Of a DNA stretch of 62,444 bases, positions 40,579 through 50,794 are shown piece by piece. The position numbers were made by a program, and so were the translations under genes. The DNA lies in IMG/VR virus record IMGVR_UViG_3300009702_000014, positions 1 to 62,444 of that record; one strand, 5' to 3'. The DNA is from a virus (lineage: Duplodnaviria > Heunggongvirae > Uroviricota > Caudoviricetes). The stretch's first letter is position 1. Every line of letters begins with the position of its first letter. Under the pieces are notes generated by a model, which saw nothing but the letters and a program-made list of their open reading frames with translations, was not told the DNA's origin and ran no database searches.

Positions 40579-40785
40579 TACCGGAACAGCTAAGCACCCT
40601 TCCCAACGTACAGGTGGGGCTTACGGGCTCTCACCTGTACGGGCTGGATACGCCCAACTCTGACGAGGATTATGGCGCTGTATTCCATGAGGGACCGGAA
40701 GTTTGATAAGCTTCCTACCAATGAGAGATTAAAGCTTGCTGCTAGCGACTACTTTCTGAGGTTGTTTGAAGTCGCGGCCTTGTGA
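40575..40785 (+). pseudogene. Relic of a Pol-beta-superfamily nucleotidyltransferase (PF10127-like)
   Basis: GLTGSHLYGLDTPNSDEDY motif then stop after 43 aa; a short helical tail in another frame. Confidence 0.55.
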
Positions 40786-40852
40786 AAAGATTCACTATCT
40801 TCATGAAGGTTATTTCTCATGTTTTTCATTTAGCCCCGCCGTATCATAAAGC

Positions 40853-41311
40853 ATGAACGCGAAGGGGATAATCCAAGGTGTGAGATTTGCCCGTAAAATA
40901 CTTCCTGTCCTTGCCGAGGATTTGGGGCTTCCTACTGATAAAGTGTCCCTTAAGATTGTGTCTAATGGTGGTTCTCAGGCGGTTCGGGCTTCTACTGAGT
41001 ACGGCTACCGTTATCGTGTTGAGTTAGACTTCAATCAGACTAGGGATTTGCGGGACGTGTTGTTTATCTTGGCTCACGAGTTGCGGCATATCTGGCAATT
41101 CATAAATGGTGTAAATCTTGGTAGCAAAGAAGCACGAGCGGCGACGAAGGGTAAGCCTGTCCTGTATCGTGGTATGCAAGACGAGAAAGACGCCGACGAG
41201 TATGCCCTCATGATGGAGCGGAGCTACAAGTACACAAATACCCGTATAAATCCCGACGCCCATAGTCTGTACATTCACGTCAAGATTGCACGGCACACGC
41301 TCGGTTTCTAA
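40853..41311 (+). CDS. HExxH zinc metallopeptidase-like protein (ImmA/IrrE-like)
   Basis: ILAHELRHIWQ plus EKDADEYA. Confidence 0.7.
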   Translation: MNAKGIIQGVRFARKILPVLAEDLGLPTDKVSLKIVSNGGSQAVRASTEYGYRYRVELDFNQTRDLRDVLFILAHELRHIWQFINGVNLGSKEARAATKGKPVLYRGMQDEKDADEYALMMERSYKYTNTRINPDAHSLYIHVKIARHTLGF

Positions 41312-41344
41312 TCATTCTCATAAAAGAAACGGATAATATAGGTC

Positions 41345-42701
41345 ATGAGCGAAACCAAGGAAGTTCCCACTGTTGACAACCTCCACGGGCATTATATTTC
41401 CCTGGCGATGATTATGTACGGCGGCGGTTTCATGAAGCACCTTGGGGAAGCTTTGGCAGTGGCCGACGCTCATAACTACCGGCTCATTGTTGCTACCTGG
41501 AGGCTGCAAATCAATCACTGTATCGAGATTTGGTGGAGACGGAACGGGTGCCAAATGAACCAAAGCGACATTAGGAAGGATTTGGGATAGCAAAAATGCC
41601 GGGAATCAAATCCCGGCGTTCTTTTGTGAAAACTTTCACGATTTTTCTTGTGGGCTTGTGAAATAATTCACGAGCAGTAAAAAGGGGCTTTCTTCCTTTT
41701 CCGCGTCCCGTTCCGCGTACTTGGGTTTACTCGCCCGGACTTGACACATATTAGCACATACTATTGAGCCTGTCAATCACTCCCAGCCACGGACAGCACG
41801 GCACGGTTGGTATTTTGACTCAGCAAACGTGCACCGCCCAAATCCCAGTAAGTCCCGAAGTGAGCGCCAAGTGTACGGAGGCTAGGCCATTCCCCATCCT
41901 CCGACAGAAGGTGAAGGTAGTACTTAGTGAAGCCGTAGTAATTCTCGATACGCTCCACCACAATGTCATGACCGTTGATATTCTCTTGCCTATGAGGGTT
42001 AGACACAAACTCTGGCTTCATGACTTACTATAGAACGGGGCTAAATGAGAATGATGAACTCACTCCTCTTCATCCAAAAATCCCATTAGCAAGTCCTCTT
42101 CCCCATCCAAAAAGCTCAGCAAGTCGGGAAGCAAATCCCTTGTGACAATGAAATCCAACACAAGGAGAAGCAAGGATGCACTCTTCCGATACCTGTTTAG
42201 AATCTCTTGTTCGGTCATATGTAGAGAGTATCCTCTTAGTAGATGAAAAACATTAGAGAAATTCTCTCACAATTCTTATATAGCCCCGCGCTAAACTACG
42301 TACATGCCTAAGGAATGGTTGTCCTCAAAGCCCGACAAATACAACGACAATCCCCGTGCGGAATACGTTATCCTGTATCGCACGGAGGACGTTGGAGAGT
42401 GCAAGATGCAAGTGTCTAAGGAGCTGCTTATGGACATGGTTGCTACGATTCTCATGGCGAGCGGGGAAGTTACCGCCGTCATGCCCCGGTACTAAATATG
42501 ACTCGACGTGAAAAGCTGGAATACTTTGCCGCCATCATCTATGGTCACATTCTCCAAAGTGAGGATGATGTAAGCAATGGTCGCTATAGTTGTGATGAGG
42601 ACCGTGCTGGAGTAGCGGTGTCGGGAGCAGTTGCCGTTATTGACGCTGTAAACTCCCTTCCTTTCGATGTATTACATTGTAACAACATTCCAAACTCTTA
42701 A
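41345..42701. CDS. Five small hypothetical genes (+41345-41590, -41773-42021, -42060-42218, +42304-42495, +42498-42701)
   Basis: Each has a promoter-proximal or coupled start. Confidence 0.5.
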
Positions 42702-42710
42702 GGAGAAAGC

Positions 42711-43475
42711 ATGAGTAACTATATCACAGCATACAAAGCTGTGCGGCTGGACATGACCAGCCATTATGACCGCAAGACGCCCTGGGAGCCCGGCGTGCCG
42801 GTGCGCGTGGAGAATCCCGACTCGCCCACCGAGAATGGGTGTGGGCGCGGCATCCACGTTAGCCGCACGCTGCTCGGCACCATCAGGCACCAGTTCAGCC
42901 CGAGCGAGTACCTGACGGTCGAGGTAGACTCCAGGCACATCATCCAGGAGACCGAGAAACTGAGGGTGTCGGAATGCCTGCCCGTGCGGGTGCTCTCCGC
43001 GGAAGAACAGGATGCGCTTGCCGGGTTCCGGTTGTGGGAGGCGAATCACCCCGTCAACCCGTTGCTGGTGGAGGGCGCGGAATTGCCGGACGAGGACTTG
43101 CGGCGCCTACTCGCAGATTGGGCCTCGGTCCGGGGCTCGGACTTGGTCTGGGCCTCAGTCCGGGGCTCGGACTTGGTCTGGGACTTGGTCTGGGGCTCGG
43201 TCGGGGCCTCGGTCTGGGACTTGGTCCGCGACTTGGTCCGCGACTTGGTCCGCGACTTGGCTTTTACCTCGGTCCGGGACTCGGCCTGGGCTTACGCTTG
43301 CTCGCTATTCCCCAATGTCACGTCCTGGAGGGGAACCGACCGCGAGCACCCGTGGGACAGCCTACGCGCCCTATGGCTCGCCGGGTACGTACCCTCGCTC
43401 GACGGAACTACATGGAGGCTGCACCGAGGGCCGGAGGCTAAAGTGGTGCTGAGCGTGCCAGCGACACTTCAATGA
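42711..43475 (+). CDS. Phage protein with (W/R)(A/D)(S/L)V tetrapeptide repeats (254 aa)
   Basis: SD AAGGAG; CGRGIHVS N-domain; 12-nt repeat tract at ~43120-43290. Confidence 0.7.
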   Translation: MSNYITAYKAVRLDMTSHYDRKTPWEPGVPVRVENPDSPTENGCGRGIHVSRTLLGTIRHQFSPSEYLTVEVDSRHIIQETEKLRVSECLPVRVLSAEEQDALAGFRLWEANHPVNPLLVEGAELPDEDLRRLLADWASVRGSDLVWASVRGSDLVWDLVWGSVGASVWDLVRDLVRDLVRDLAFTSVRDSAWAYACSLFPNVTSWRGTDREHPWDSLRALWLAGYVPSLDGTTWRLHRGPEAKVVLSVPATLQ

Positions 43476-43706
43476 CGAGATTATCAATCCTACTTCCTTG
43501 GATAAAGTCTAATCCTTCTCATAGAAGGGCCTGATAGGATAAAGACATGGGAAAGACAAAGCGGTACCACGTTGGCACAATCGAACCGGATTCAACCTGC
43601 CGAAGGGGCATGAATTTGGTAAGGGGCGCGGAACTCGCATCCTTAGGGATAAGCGTTCCAAGCGGGGCAAGGAACGTCAGGCTATCAAAAACGAGTTGAG
43701 AGGTTA

Positions 43707-43913
43707 TTGATGGAAAAGAGGACACCGATGCCTGACCTCGACAAGCTGGAGCGTCTTGCACTGAAGGTCCGGGAAGTTGAGAATCTTCCTAAGACGCGAG
43801 AAAACGACCCTATGCGCTTTGCCGCATGGCGTGCCCTGTACACATCCTTGGACGCCGACGTGGTACTGGCCCTCATTCGGCGCATCCGAGAACAAGGCCG
43901 AGTAATCGCCTAG
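43707..43913 (+). CDS. Hypothetical protein (68 aa)
   Basis: Helical ORF, PDLDKLERLA...VVLALIRRIRE. Confidence 0.55.
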   Translation: MMEKRTPMPDLDKLERLALKVREVENLPKTRENDPMRFAAWRALYTSLDADVVLALIRRIREQGRVIA

Positions 43914-44259
43914 ATGGATACCTTTTTCACCGACACGATGCACGAACTACTTTCGGAGAAGTGACTGTATGGTGTGGCGCCTGCTCGTCATTGACAGCGT
44001 GGCGTTCTGGGCTTGTGAAAAGTTTCACAAAGAAATCCCCAGGCTCTAGAACCTGGGGTGTGGCCCAAGAAACAACAGGGTCATGACTCCCTGAGGGGCC
44101 AGAGCGGAGGTTTCCCGGATGTGGGCTGAGGGTGCGACCCTAACTCCCGTCCGCTCATGAACCAAGTATAGCAGTTCCAGGATGAGAGGCATGAGAGTAC
44201 TTCCCTCATCATTTTCATAAAGCCCCGCGCTATTATTAGTCAAGAAAGGGAGGCACCAA

Positions 44260-44601
44260 ATGTCCCGTTACGCGCAAATCCTGGAAACCGGTGACGTGAA
44301 TATTCTCAACCTGGAAACTCTGGAGGACTTGCAGGGCGCTGTCGGTGGGTTTATCGAGGCGATTCCAGTGCAGCCGGGTGCTTCCCTCCCTCAGACTCTT
44401 ACCGTGTACGGTAATGAGGAAGGTCGGCTAATTGGCATGGATATCAATGTCCTTGCTACTCGGGTATTGAACTTCCCTTACCCGCTCGTGGGGCCGGTTA
44501 TCATCGGTGGGCCGTTGAACGACGACGGCGAAAGCACAAACCTCCCTGCCTCTTGGGCTAACTACCTTCAAAGCCTCTCTGTGCAGATTGTTGTGCTCTA
44601 A
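44260..44601 (+). CDS. DUF3846 family protein
   Basis: LEDLQGAVGGFIE...YGNEEGRL...N.LAT...LVGPVII. Confidence 0.8.
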   Translation: MSRYAQILETGDVNILNLETLEDLQGAVGGFIEAIPVQPGASLPQTLTVYGNEEGRLIGMDINVLATRVLNFPYPLVGPVIIGGPLNDDGESTNLPASWANYLQSLSVQIVVL

Positions 44602-44634
44602 CACTTCTCATTCCAGGAAGGGATACCATAAGTC

Positions 44635-44802
44635 ATGGACGACTTCGATATCGGCCCGCAGATTGATGAGCACCTTGAAGCAGAGTACGAGGGCGAATGG
44701 GAGGATGATTTTCCTCTCTACCTGGAATACCCCGGTGAGGAACCCATGTTTCAACACTCGGATGGATTCGGGTACAACTTCGAGGAAGAATGGGGCGAGT
44801 GA
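44635..44802 (+). CDS. Extremely acidic 55-aa protein (not in ORF track)
   Basis: MDDFDIGPQIDEHLEAEYEGEWEDDF...; 20 D/E and no K/R. Confidence 0.6.
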   Translation: MDDFDIGPQIDEHLEAEYEGEWEDDFPLYLEYPGEEPMFQHSDGFGYNFEEEWGE

Positions 44803-44867
44803 AAACTCGCCTTGTCTCTTTGTGAAAAGTTTCACAAGACAAAATAAAAGGCCACTTTCGTAGCCCT

Positions 44868-45215
44868 CTAGTAACGTTGACTGTATCTGATATTAGGCCG
44901 TCCAGTTTTCGAGTCAAGCATGTCGCATTCTACGCGGTAACTAAAATCTGCTCCGAAGTCCCCCTCACTCGGAATAACACCAACACTCAGAAAATCCATC
45001 TGTGCCGCATTCTCGTGCCGGTATTCATTCGCCAGAAAGACAACGAATTTTGCCGCGAGGTAAGGGGCGTCGGAGAAGCGCGTGTCTCCCGTTTCCGCCT
45101 CTACCGTGTCAAAGAATCGTTCAAACAAGGGAAGCATTTCCTCAGGGTAGCCGTCCCAGTGCTTATAGATTCGCCCACCGTCGGGGCCAAACGTAACCGT
45201 ACAGGGAGTAGACAT
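44868..45215 (-). CDS. Phage protein with Y.HWDGYP motif (115 aa)
   Basis: IYKHWDGYPE motif; SD GAAAGGGG. Confidence 0.65.
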   Translation of the reverse strand: MSTPCTVTFGPDGGRIYKHWDGYPEEMLPLFERFFDTVEAETGDTRFSDAPYLAAKFVVFLANEYRHENAAQMDFLSVGVIPSEGDFGADFSYRVECDMLDSKTGRPNIRYSQRY

Positions 45216-45579
45216 TGTTTCCCCTTTCGTTGCTTAAGTATAGGCCAGACAACTATGAGGATTATGAGCCAGGGGTGGCTTGTGAATTTTTTCACAAACC
45301 TCTCCGGGCTTGCACCTTAACACAAGCCCGGATTAAAATTGTCAGCCCACACGGCGCTTGAGAACGACCGCTCCGTTGTTGGTTGTATGAGTAGTGTGAG
45401 GGTAGGAAAGCTTCTCGATGCGGCCCGAAGGCGGAAGGAACGTACCATCCGGGCGGCGATTCTGAGCGACCGTATTGATTCGTCCGTCGGAAACGTGGAA
45501 CGCAATATGAGGCTTGTTCAGTCGGAACATTTTTCCTTCCTTTCGATTCTTAGTTTAGCCCGAGAATTTATGAGAAGGG

Positions 45580-45783
45580 TTAGAAGGCATGCTCCGGTCG
45601 GTAGTATTCTGCCATATCTTCAGGAATCTCATTATCCCTAAGGTATTGTTCGGCCTCTTTCTGGTCACCCCGGAAGTAGGCGTGGTAGCCGTTTCTATCA
45701 CAAATATGATAGTGGCCTTTCTTTAGCTTTTCGATAAACCCCACCGGGTTCTTATCCTTATCATAAACGGTGTGCGGAATCAT
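45580..45783 (-). CDS. Hypothetical protein (67 aa)
   Basis: Promoter-proximal start. Confidence 0.55.
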   Translation of the reverse strand: MIPHTVYDKDKNPVGFIEKLKKGHYHICDRNGYHAYFRGDQKEAEQYLRDNEIPEDMAEYYRPEHAF

Positions 45784-45817
45784 GTTTATATCCTATTCTA
45801 TAGATGTATGAGAAGGA

Positions 45818-46295
45818 TTAGTAATTCTGCTGTACCGTTACAGGCATATGGCACTTTACACAGATACCCCCGCGATACCTAGCTGTAAGGCGGTTAATGT
45901 ACCCAAGGATTCCATGATTAGGACATACAACAGTATATTTAGCTGTAGCAGCACGTACCTCTTTAACTAAGTCCTTGGGCACGCTTTCCGCTGTGCGGTG
46001 AGGGTCGGCCCCGATACGCCGACATGCTTGCTTCCAAACTGCATCATGGCCGTGTCCTGGAGTCAGGGCGTGGGCAATCTCGTGCAGAACGGTGTCTCTA
46101 ACTTGCTCCTCGGGAAGATATTTAACCCAAACGGTAGAGGCGGATGCGGGCGGGCACTAAATCCCCCGCCCCGTCGTACCTGTAGGAACAGTCCCCAAGG
46201 GCACCTTTGCGCGACGAGTATTCGAATTTAACGTACCCCAAACCGTGCTCGTTCATAAGCTTACGGGCGAGTTTCGCTGCATCCGTCTTTTTCAT
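45818..46295 (-). pseudogene. SprT-like zinc metalloprotease, frameshifted near 46136 (absent from ORF track)
   Basis: N-part MKKTDAAKLARKLMNEHGL..GALGDC..RIRL; C-part VRDTVLHEIAHALTPGHGHDAVWK...CPNH...CVKC in another frame. Confidence 0.75.
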
Positions 46296-46372
46296 GTCTC
46301 TAGGATAGACTTTCTTTTTATGAGATTTATTAGTCTCACAATTCTTAGAATCCCCGCGCCTATACTTAATCC

Positions 46373-47068
46373 ATGAACGAGGGACTGAGAGTTACCCTAA
46401 AGCCGACCGGCAATAAAAAGCTCGTGGGGGACAATAAGCGTCTGCCCTTCTACGCTACCTATCGTGAGGTTGGTATGTCTTGTCCTAGCACGTGCGCCCT
46501 GTTGAACAACGGGTGCTATGCACAGTTTGGACATGTTGCAATCCAAATGCACGGGCAGTATTCCGATAATGACGGCGACATTTTCCTCCGGGAATTGAAC
46601 CGCATTCCTCAGGGTGCCGCACTCCGGCTGCACGTGTCCGGGGACGTTATGCGGGACGGTGGCAAGGACGGTAGCAACGTCCTGGATGTTGAATACCTGA
46701 ATGCACTAATCGAAGGTGCTAAGCGGCGTCCTGACGTTAGCATGTACGGGTACACTCACGCATGGCGGCAAATCGACCGTAACGAATTCGTGTTTCCCTC
46801 CAACCTGACGTTGAATGCGTCGTGTGACACGCAAGAGGACGTGGCAGAGGCGCGGGCAGCGGGCTGGGATACCACCACGGTTGTTCCGGCCGAGACTCCA
46901 GGCAAGCGTTACGGGGACACGGTGGTATGCCAGAATAAGACGACGGGCCTCACGTGTGACAAGTGCCGCCTGTGCTTCAAGTCTAACCGCTCCCTCACGG
47001 TTGCGTTCAAGGCCCACGGGGTTAGCAAGCGTAAGGTGTCAAAAAGGGCTAGCCTACCTACCGCATGA
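46373..47068 (+). CDS. Gp88-like Cys-rich (radical-SAM-related) protein (231 aa)
   Basis: SCPSTC..GCYA, LRLHVSGD, YGYTH, NASCDT, TCDKCRLC. Confidence 0.7.
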   Translation: MNEGLRVTLKPTGNKKLVGDNKRLPFYATYREVGMSCPSTCALLNNGCYAQFGHVAIQMHGQYSDNDGDIFLRELNRIPQGAALRLHVSGDVMRDGGKDGSNVLDVEYLNALIEGAKRRPDVSMYGYTHAWRQIDRNEFVFPSNLTLNASCDTQEDVAEARAAGWDTTTVVPAETPGKRYGDTVVCQNKTTGLTCDKCRLCFKSNRSLTVAFKAHGVSKRKVSKRASLPTA

Positions 47069-47139
47069 ACAAGCCTACTCTCATAAACCTCACGAAGCTC
47101 TAGGGTATAATACTAACATAGGAAAGGAGCGGGAAAATA

Positions 47140-47367
47140 ATGACTAACGTCAGAGAAAACCGCCGAATCCTTAAGGAAGCACAGAGTCAAGGTGTGATTG
47201 TCCGGTTTGTGTACCATACGAAGAGCACGGGGGAACTTGTGCCGCGTGTTGGTACCGTCCGGGAGTTCACCGACGAGAATCATGTTGTCCTGAATGACTT
47301 GGGTCACGACGGCGCGATTCGGAGTGCAATCCTTGACAGGATTCATGGTAGCGTCCGAATCGGATAA
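47140..47367 (+). CDS. WYL-like small domain protein
   Basis: VRFVYHTKSTGE..PR...RSAILDRI resembles the WYL pattern. Confidence 0.5.
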   Translation: MTNVRENRRILKEAQSQGVIVRFVYHTKSTGELVPRVGTVREFTDENHVVLNDLGHDGAIRSAILDRIHGSVRIG

Positions 47368-47505
47368 TCTACCACAACTTGCCACTTATAAGAAGTGGCT
47401 CAGGGCCTTGTGAAATATTTCACGAGGTCTTTTTTCATGGCCCGGTTAAATTCATAAACCTCATTTAGGAAAAGGCTACAATAAGGAAGTCGAAAGGAGC
47501 TTTAC

Positions 47506-47886
47506 ATGGAACGCAACATTACTTGTAAGGTCTGCGGTGCTGAGTTTTACCACAAGCAGGAAGGACGTGGCCGTCCTCCCACGAAGTGTCCCACGTGCCG
47601 TACTGTCAAGGCGGGTGCTCCGAAGCGGCGTGGCCGTCCCCCGAAGAAGGTTGTGACGGTGGGTACGGGCGAGCACGTCCTGGTCCCTGTGGCCGGTCCT
47701 ATCGAAGCGGGCGATACTGTGGTGCGTCCCCTGGATATGTTCAAGAGCCGAGAAAGTGCCATCAAGTATGCTACCCCGTTCCGGGTTATCGCGGTGACGG
47801 ATACCGAGGCGTTGCTGGATTTCGAAAAGAATGGCGCTATCGTAGCCCTGGAAAAGCTGGTCAAGGTGGCGCTCCAGGGGGCATGA
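47506..47886 (+). CDS. Zinc-ribbon plus AT-hook DNA-binding protein
   Basis: CKVC...GRGRPPTKCPTC...KRRGRPPKK. Confidence 0.65.
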   Translation: MERNITCKVCGAEFYHKQEGRGRPPTKCPTCRTVKAGAPKRRGRPPKKVVTVGTGEHVLVPVAGPIEAGDTVVRPLDMFKSRESAIKYATPFRVIAVTDTEALLDFEKNGAIVALEKLVKVALQGA

Positions 47887-48523
47887 TTAGCCTATCCCCT
47901 TACGTGATGCAAGAGTTGGGTGCCGATGGTACAGTCGTCGGTACCCATATTAAGGTTCGGGTAGTCAACGGCACACGGGCTAGGTTTGTGGGGGATTTTG
48001 AGATTGTAGCAGAAGCGTTGTCTAAGTGTCGCCCGGAAAACGTTCTAGACTTCCTGAGGACTAACAAAGGCCCCTGTGAGGACGTAGAGAAGCAAGGGGC
48101 CATGCTCTGTGGTGTGTATTACAGCCCCGCTCAGTTTTCTCATGAAGAAGCAGGATAGGATGAGTCATGGAATCTTTTGAAGTTACCCAACAGGATGAAG
48201 GTATGGTGGTATCCACGTGGGACGTGTTTGTCCTCGTGTTCACAGGTCGGGGTATCAGCATTTATGACGTTGACGGCCTCCAGACGGAACCTAAGTTGGA
48301 GGTTGCATGGGGATTCGAGTGTGACGGCGTAGAAGATGCCTTTGTCGAGTCCGAACACGGCGAAAGCCGACTCTATATGAGCGCCCTTGTGGATGGTGGT
48401 ACGCTGTCCGTAGAAGTTAAGCGGAGCGACGTTGGCTTTATCATCGACGTGTTCGAGGATGATGAATGCCTGTTCACCTATCCCATTTGGGACTCCGACA
48501 TTGGGATTGACAGTGAGGAATAG
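47883..48523 (+). CDS. Two hypothetical proteins (47883-48158; acidic 48167-48523)
   Basis: Coupled ORFs. Confidence 0.55.
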
Positions 48524-48541
48524 ATAAGGTACACTAACAGT

Positions 48542-49012
48542 ATGAAACGAATAGCCCCTATGGTGTCTCTACTTGCACTTCTCATACTGTTTACGGGATT
48601 GGTGGGGGCCAGGGTGCTTCCCTCACCAATCCCCCAGGTGAGTATTGCACGTAGCCTCACCTTACAGCCAAAGGTGGTGATGCCGTCAATTGTACCCCTG
48701 GCGCGCATCACCGCCTATAATCCAATTCCTAGTCAGACAGACTCTAATCCTGGTGAATCAAGTTGCGGGCCAACGAAACAACACCAGATAGCTCTTAGCC
48801 AAGACTTGTTCTTTCGGCCCGACGGGACTAAGCGTTGTGGTGAGAAGGTGGCACTATATGATGCCACAGGTCACTTGATTGTCAAGGGCGTCGTATGGGA
48901 TACAATGAACAAGAGATATACCCACGCGGCTGATATTCTATTTCCTACCCCTGACACTAGCAAGACCCTAAACTTTGGTGTACATACTGGCTACCTAGTC
49001 TTTCTCAACTAG
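48542..49012 (+). CDS. 3D-domain (RlpA-like) cell-wall protein with signal peptide
   Basis: TM/signal; ITAYNP..SQTD, IALSQD, VWDTMNKRY...DIL. Confidence 0.78.
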   Translation: MKRIAPMVSLLALLILFTGLVGARVLPSPIPQVSIARSLTLQPKVVMPSIVPLARITAYNPIPSQTDSNPGESSCGPTKQHQIALSQDLFFRPDGTKRCGEKVALYDATGHLIVKGVVWDTMNKRYTHAADILFPTPDTSKTLNFGVHTGYLVFLN

Positions 49013-49019
49013 GTAGCCT

Positions 49020-50701
49020 ATGAGACAAGGAGCAATTATGTTGAAGAAAATCCTACTTGGCCTGGTCATTGTACTGTTCATTGCATGTACGTCGACCCTC
49101 ACGATTCTATTACTAACCTTCCCCTCCATTCTACTCCCCGGTATTTTGTTTAGCTTAGCCGTAGTGTTGCTAGTCGGCCTGGTAGTAGCCTCCCTTCCCG
49201 AGCATTTGTGAAAACATTCACAAACTTTCTCGCCGTCTTGTGAAAACTTTCACAAGCCATATTAAAAAATCCCCAGCAATTATGCTGGGGTTTTCTTTTG
49301 TTCTGATAGGAAAGCATCAATGTAGGCCGCGTCTTTGTGGATGATGTCGATAGCCACTTGGTACAAAGCCTGGGACTCGTAGTAGAGTCTATCACAGGCA
49401 GCATTCAGAAGCCGGTACCGATGCCGCCCACGGCGAGAGAAAGGCCATGCCCAATTAATCGTCCTGAGTCTCATGTCATAAAGATGCCCAAGAACTCTAT
49501 CATTTGACTCAGTGTGGCTATGGATAACGTCGAGTGCCGACTGTCGAGCCGCGTGCCGGTCATTCACATGCTTGTGGATATTCCTCACAGAAAGTCCATC
49601 ATCCGCCATAGCTTTCGCACCTTCTTTCGGCCCCGCCAGTCTGTACCAAATCCTCGCATCTGCCAATGGAGTTGTTGAAGAATCTCATAGGGCGCCCGAC
49701 CAAAGGCTACCCAATCTTTATACTTACCCCGATAAAACTTTCTACCGCTCGGGGTAATCAACTCTTCAACCTCTACCCGTATTAATTCCATATCTAGAGT
49801 ATAGCATGGGTAGCATGAGGATTATGAGATTTATTTACTTAGACCCTGAATTTTCTCGCTGCTTGGTTTACACCATCAGGAAATCCCGCGTGGTATCCTC
49901 GCTGGAACACATACCGCAACACCTGTTCCCGACTCCATTCCTCTGGTAATTCGTTGAACTCCTGCAAGTACTTCCTAAATAATTCCCGGATATGCTTCCT
50001 GTGCTCTGTATAGGTCATGGATTACCCCCGTGTTTAGCTGCAAGGTATCCATCCACAAACGCATCTTCATAAACAGAAGGAACCACATCATCAAGAACCA
50101 TTCGAATGAGAATCAAAGACTCTTCATCAAAAGTTTCAGGGGCATGACCATCAAGAAAATCCTCAAACACTTCTTCTACCTGTTCCGTCATTGCTTGCTC
50201 CAATCCACGCGCTTGGCTATTTCCTCCACACCATCCGGGAACCCAAGCTCATAACCCTTGTATTCCCACATTACCTCGGACGGGACATTGCCTCCCTCTT
50301 TAGGAACTTCGCACGAATGTAGAGTCCTTACGTTCTCTGTAGGTCATATCTACATACTACTCCCATGAAGATGAGATATATTAGAAAAACCTTCTATTTC
50401 TAGAAGGTTATTTCTCTACTTCATCAGCAATAGACATCAGTAACTCAGCAAGGCGGCGTGCCTCCGACGGGCGTAGGATTACATCAGAAGTTGATGCCGG
50501 AGTTCCATGAAGCCATTCTAACGCTCGTCTAATACGATGTCGCATACCCCATCTAGCTCCATTATCAGGTGCATTATTCCATACTTCTAAGACTACATCC
50601 CCATCAACTTCATCGTCCTCCCAGCCTTCAACACTTACAGCATGTCCACCGCATTCGCATTGGATAAATGTAAGGCCTCTTAATGGCATACGGGTATTCA
50701 C
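49020..50701. CDS. Cluster of small hypotheticals (+49020-49211 membrane; -49280-49666, -49585-49791, -49839-50018, -50015-50191, -50408-50701)
   Basis: ORF track plus hand reading; no recognisable families. Confidence 0.5.
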
Positions 50702-50716
50702 AATTATCTCCTAGGA

Positions 50717-50791
50717 TGGTTGCCCGAGTAGGATTCGAACCCACAGCTAAGAGATTCAAAGTCTCTTGTGTTGCCATTACACCATCGGGCA
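50717..50791 (-). tRNA. trnQ: tRNA-Gln(TTG)
   Basis: TGCCCGA acceptor, AGAGA-CTTTGAA-TCTCT, TTCGAAT, CCA encoded. Confidence 0.92.
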
Positions 50792-50794
50792 ATA

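Larger units (their letters stand above)
34453..49254. promoter_or_regulatory. 24 dispersed intergenic TGTGA-N6-TCAC(A/G/T) palindromes (CRP/FNR-type box)
   Basis: Copies start at 34453, 34859, 35048, 35615, 35940, 36288, 36447, 37015, 37399, 37713, 37980, 38229, 38583, 39039, 39787, 40781, 41625, 41657, 44014, 44821, 45281, 47409, 49207, 49239. Confidence 0.85.

Noticed and set aside
42711-43475. Diversity-generating retroelement variable repeat
   Set aside because: No reverse transcriptase or template repeat in the window, and variation is not adenine-specific
34453-49254. CRISPR array suggested by regularly recurring palindromic repeats
   Set aside because: Spacing is irregular (about 30 bp to over 2 kb), the intervals are promoter-led genes, repeats are only 16-20 bp and degenerate, and no cas genes are present
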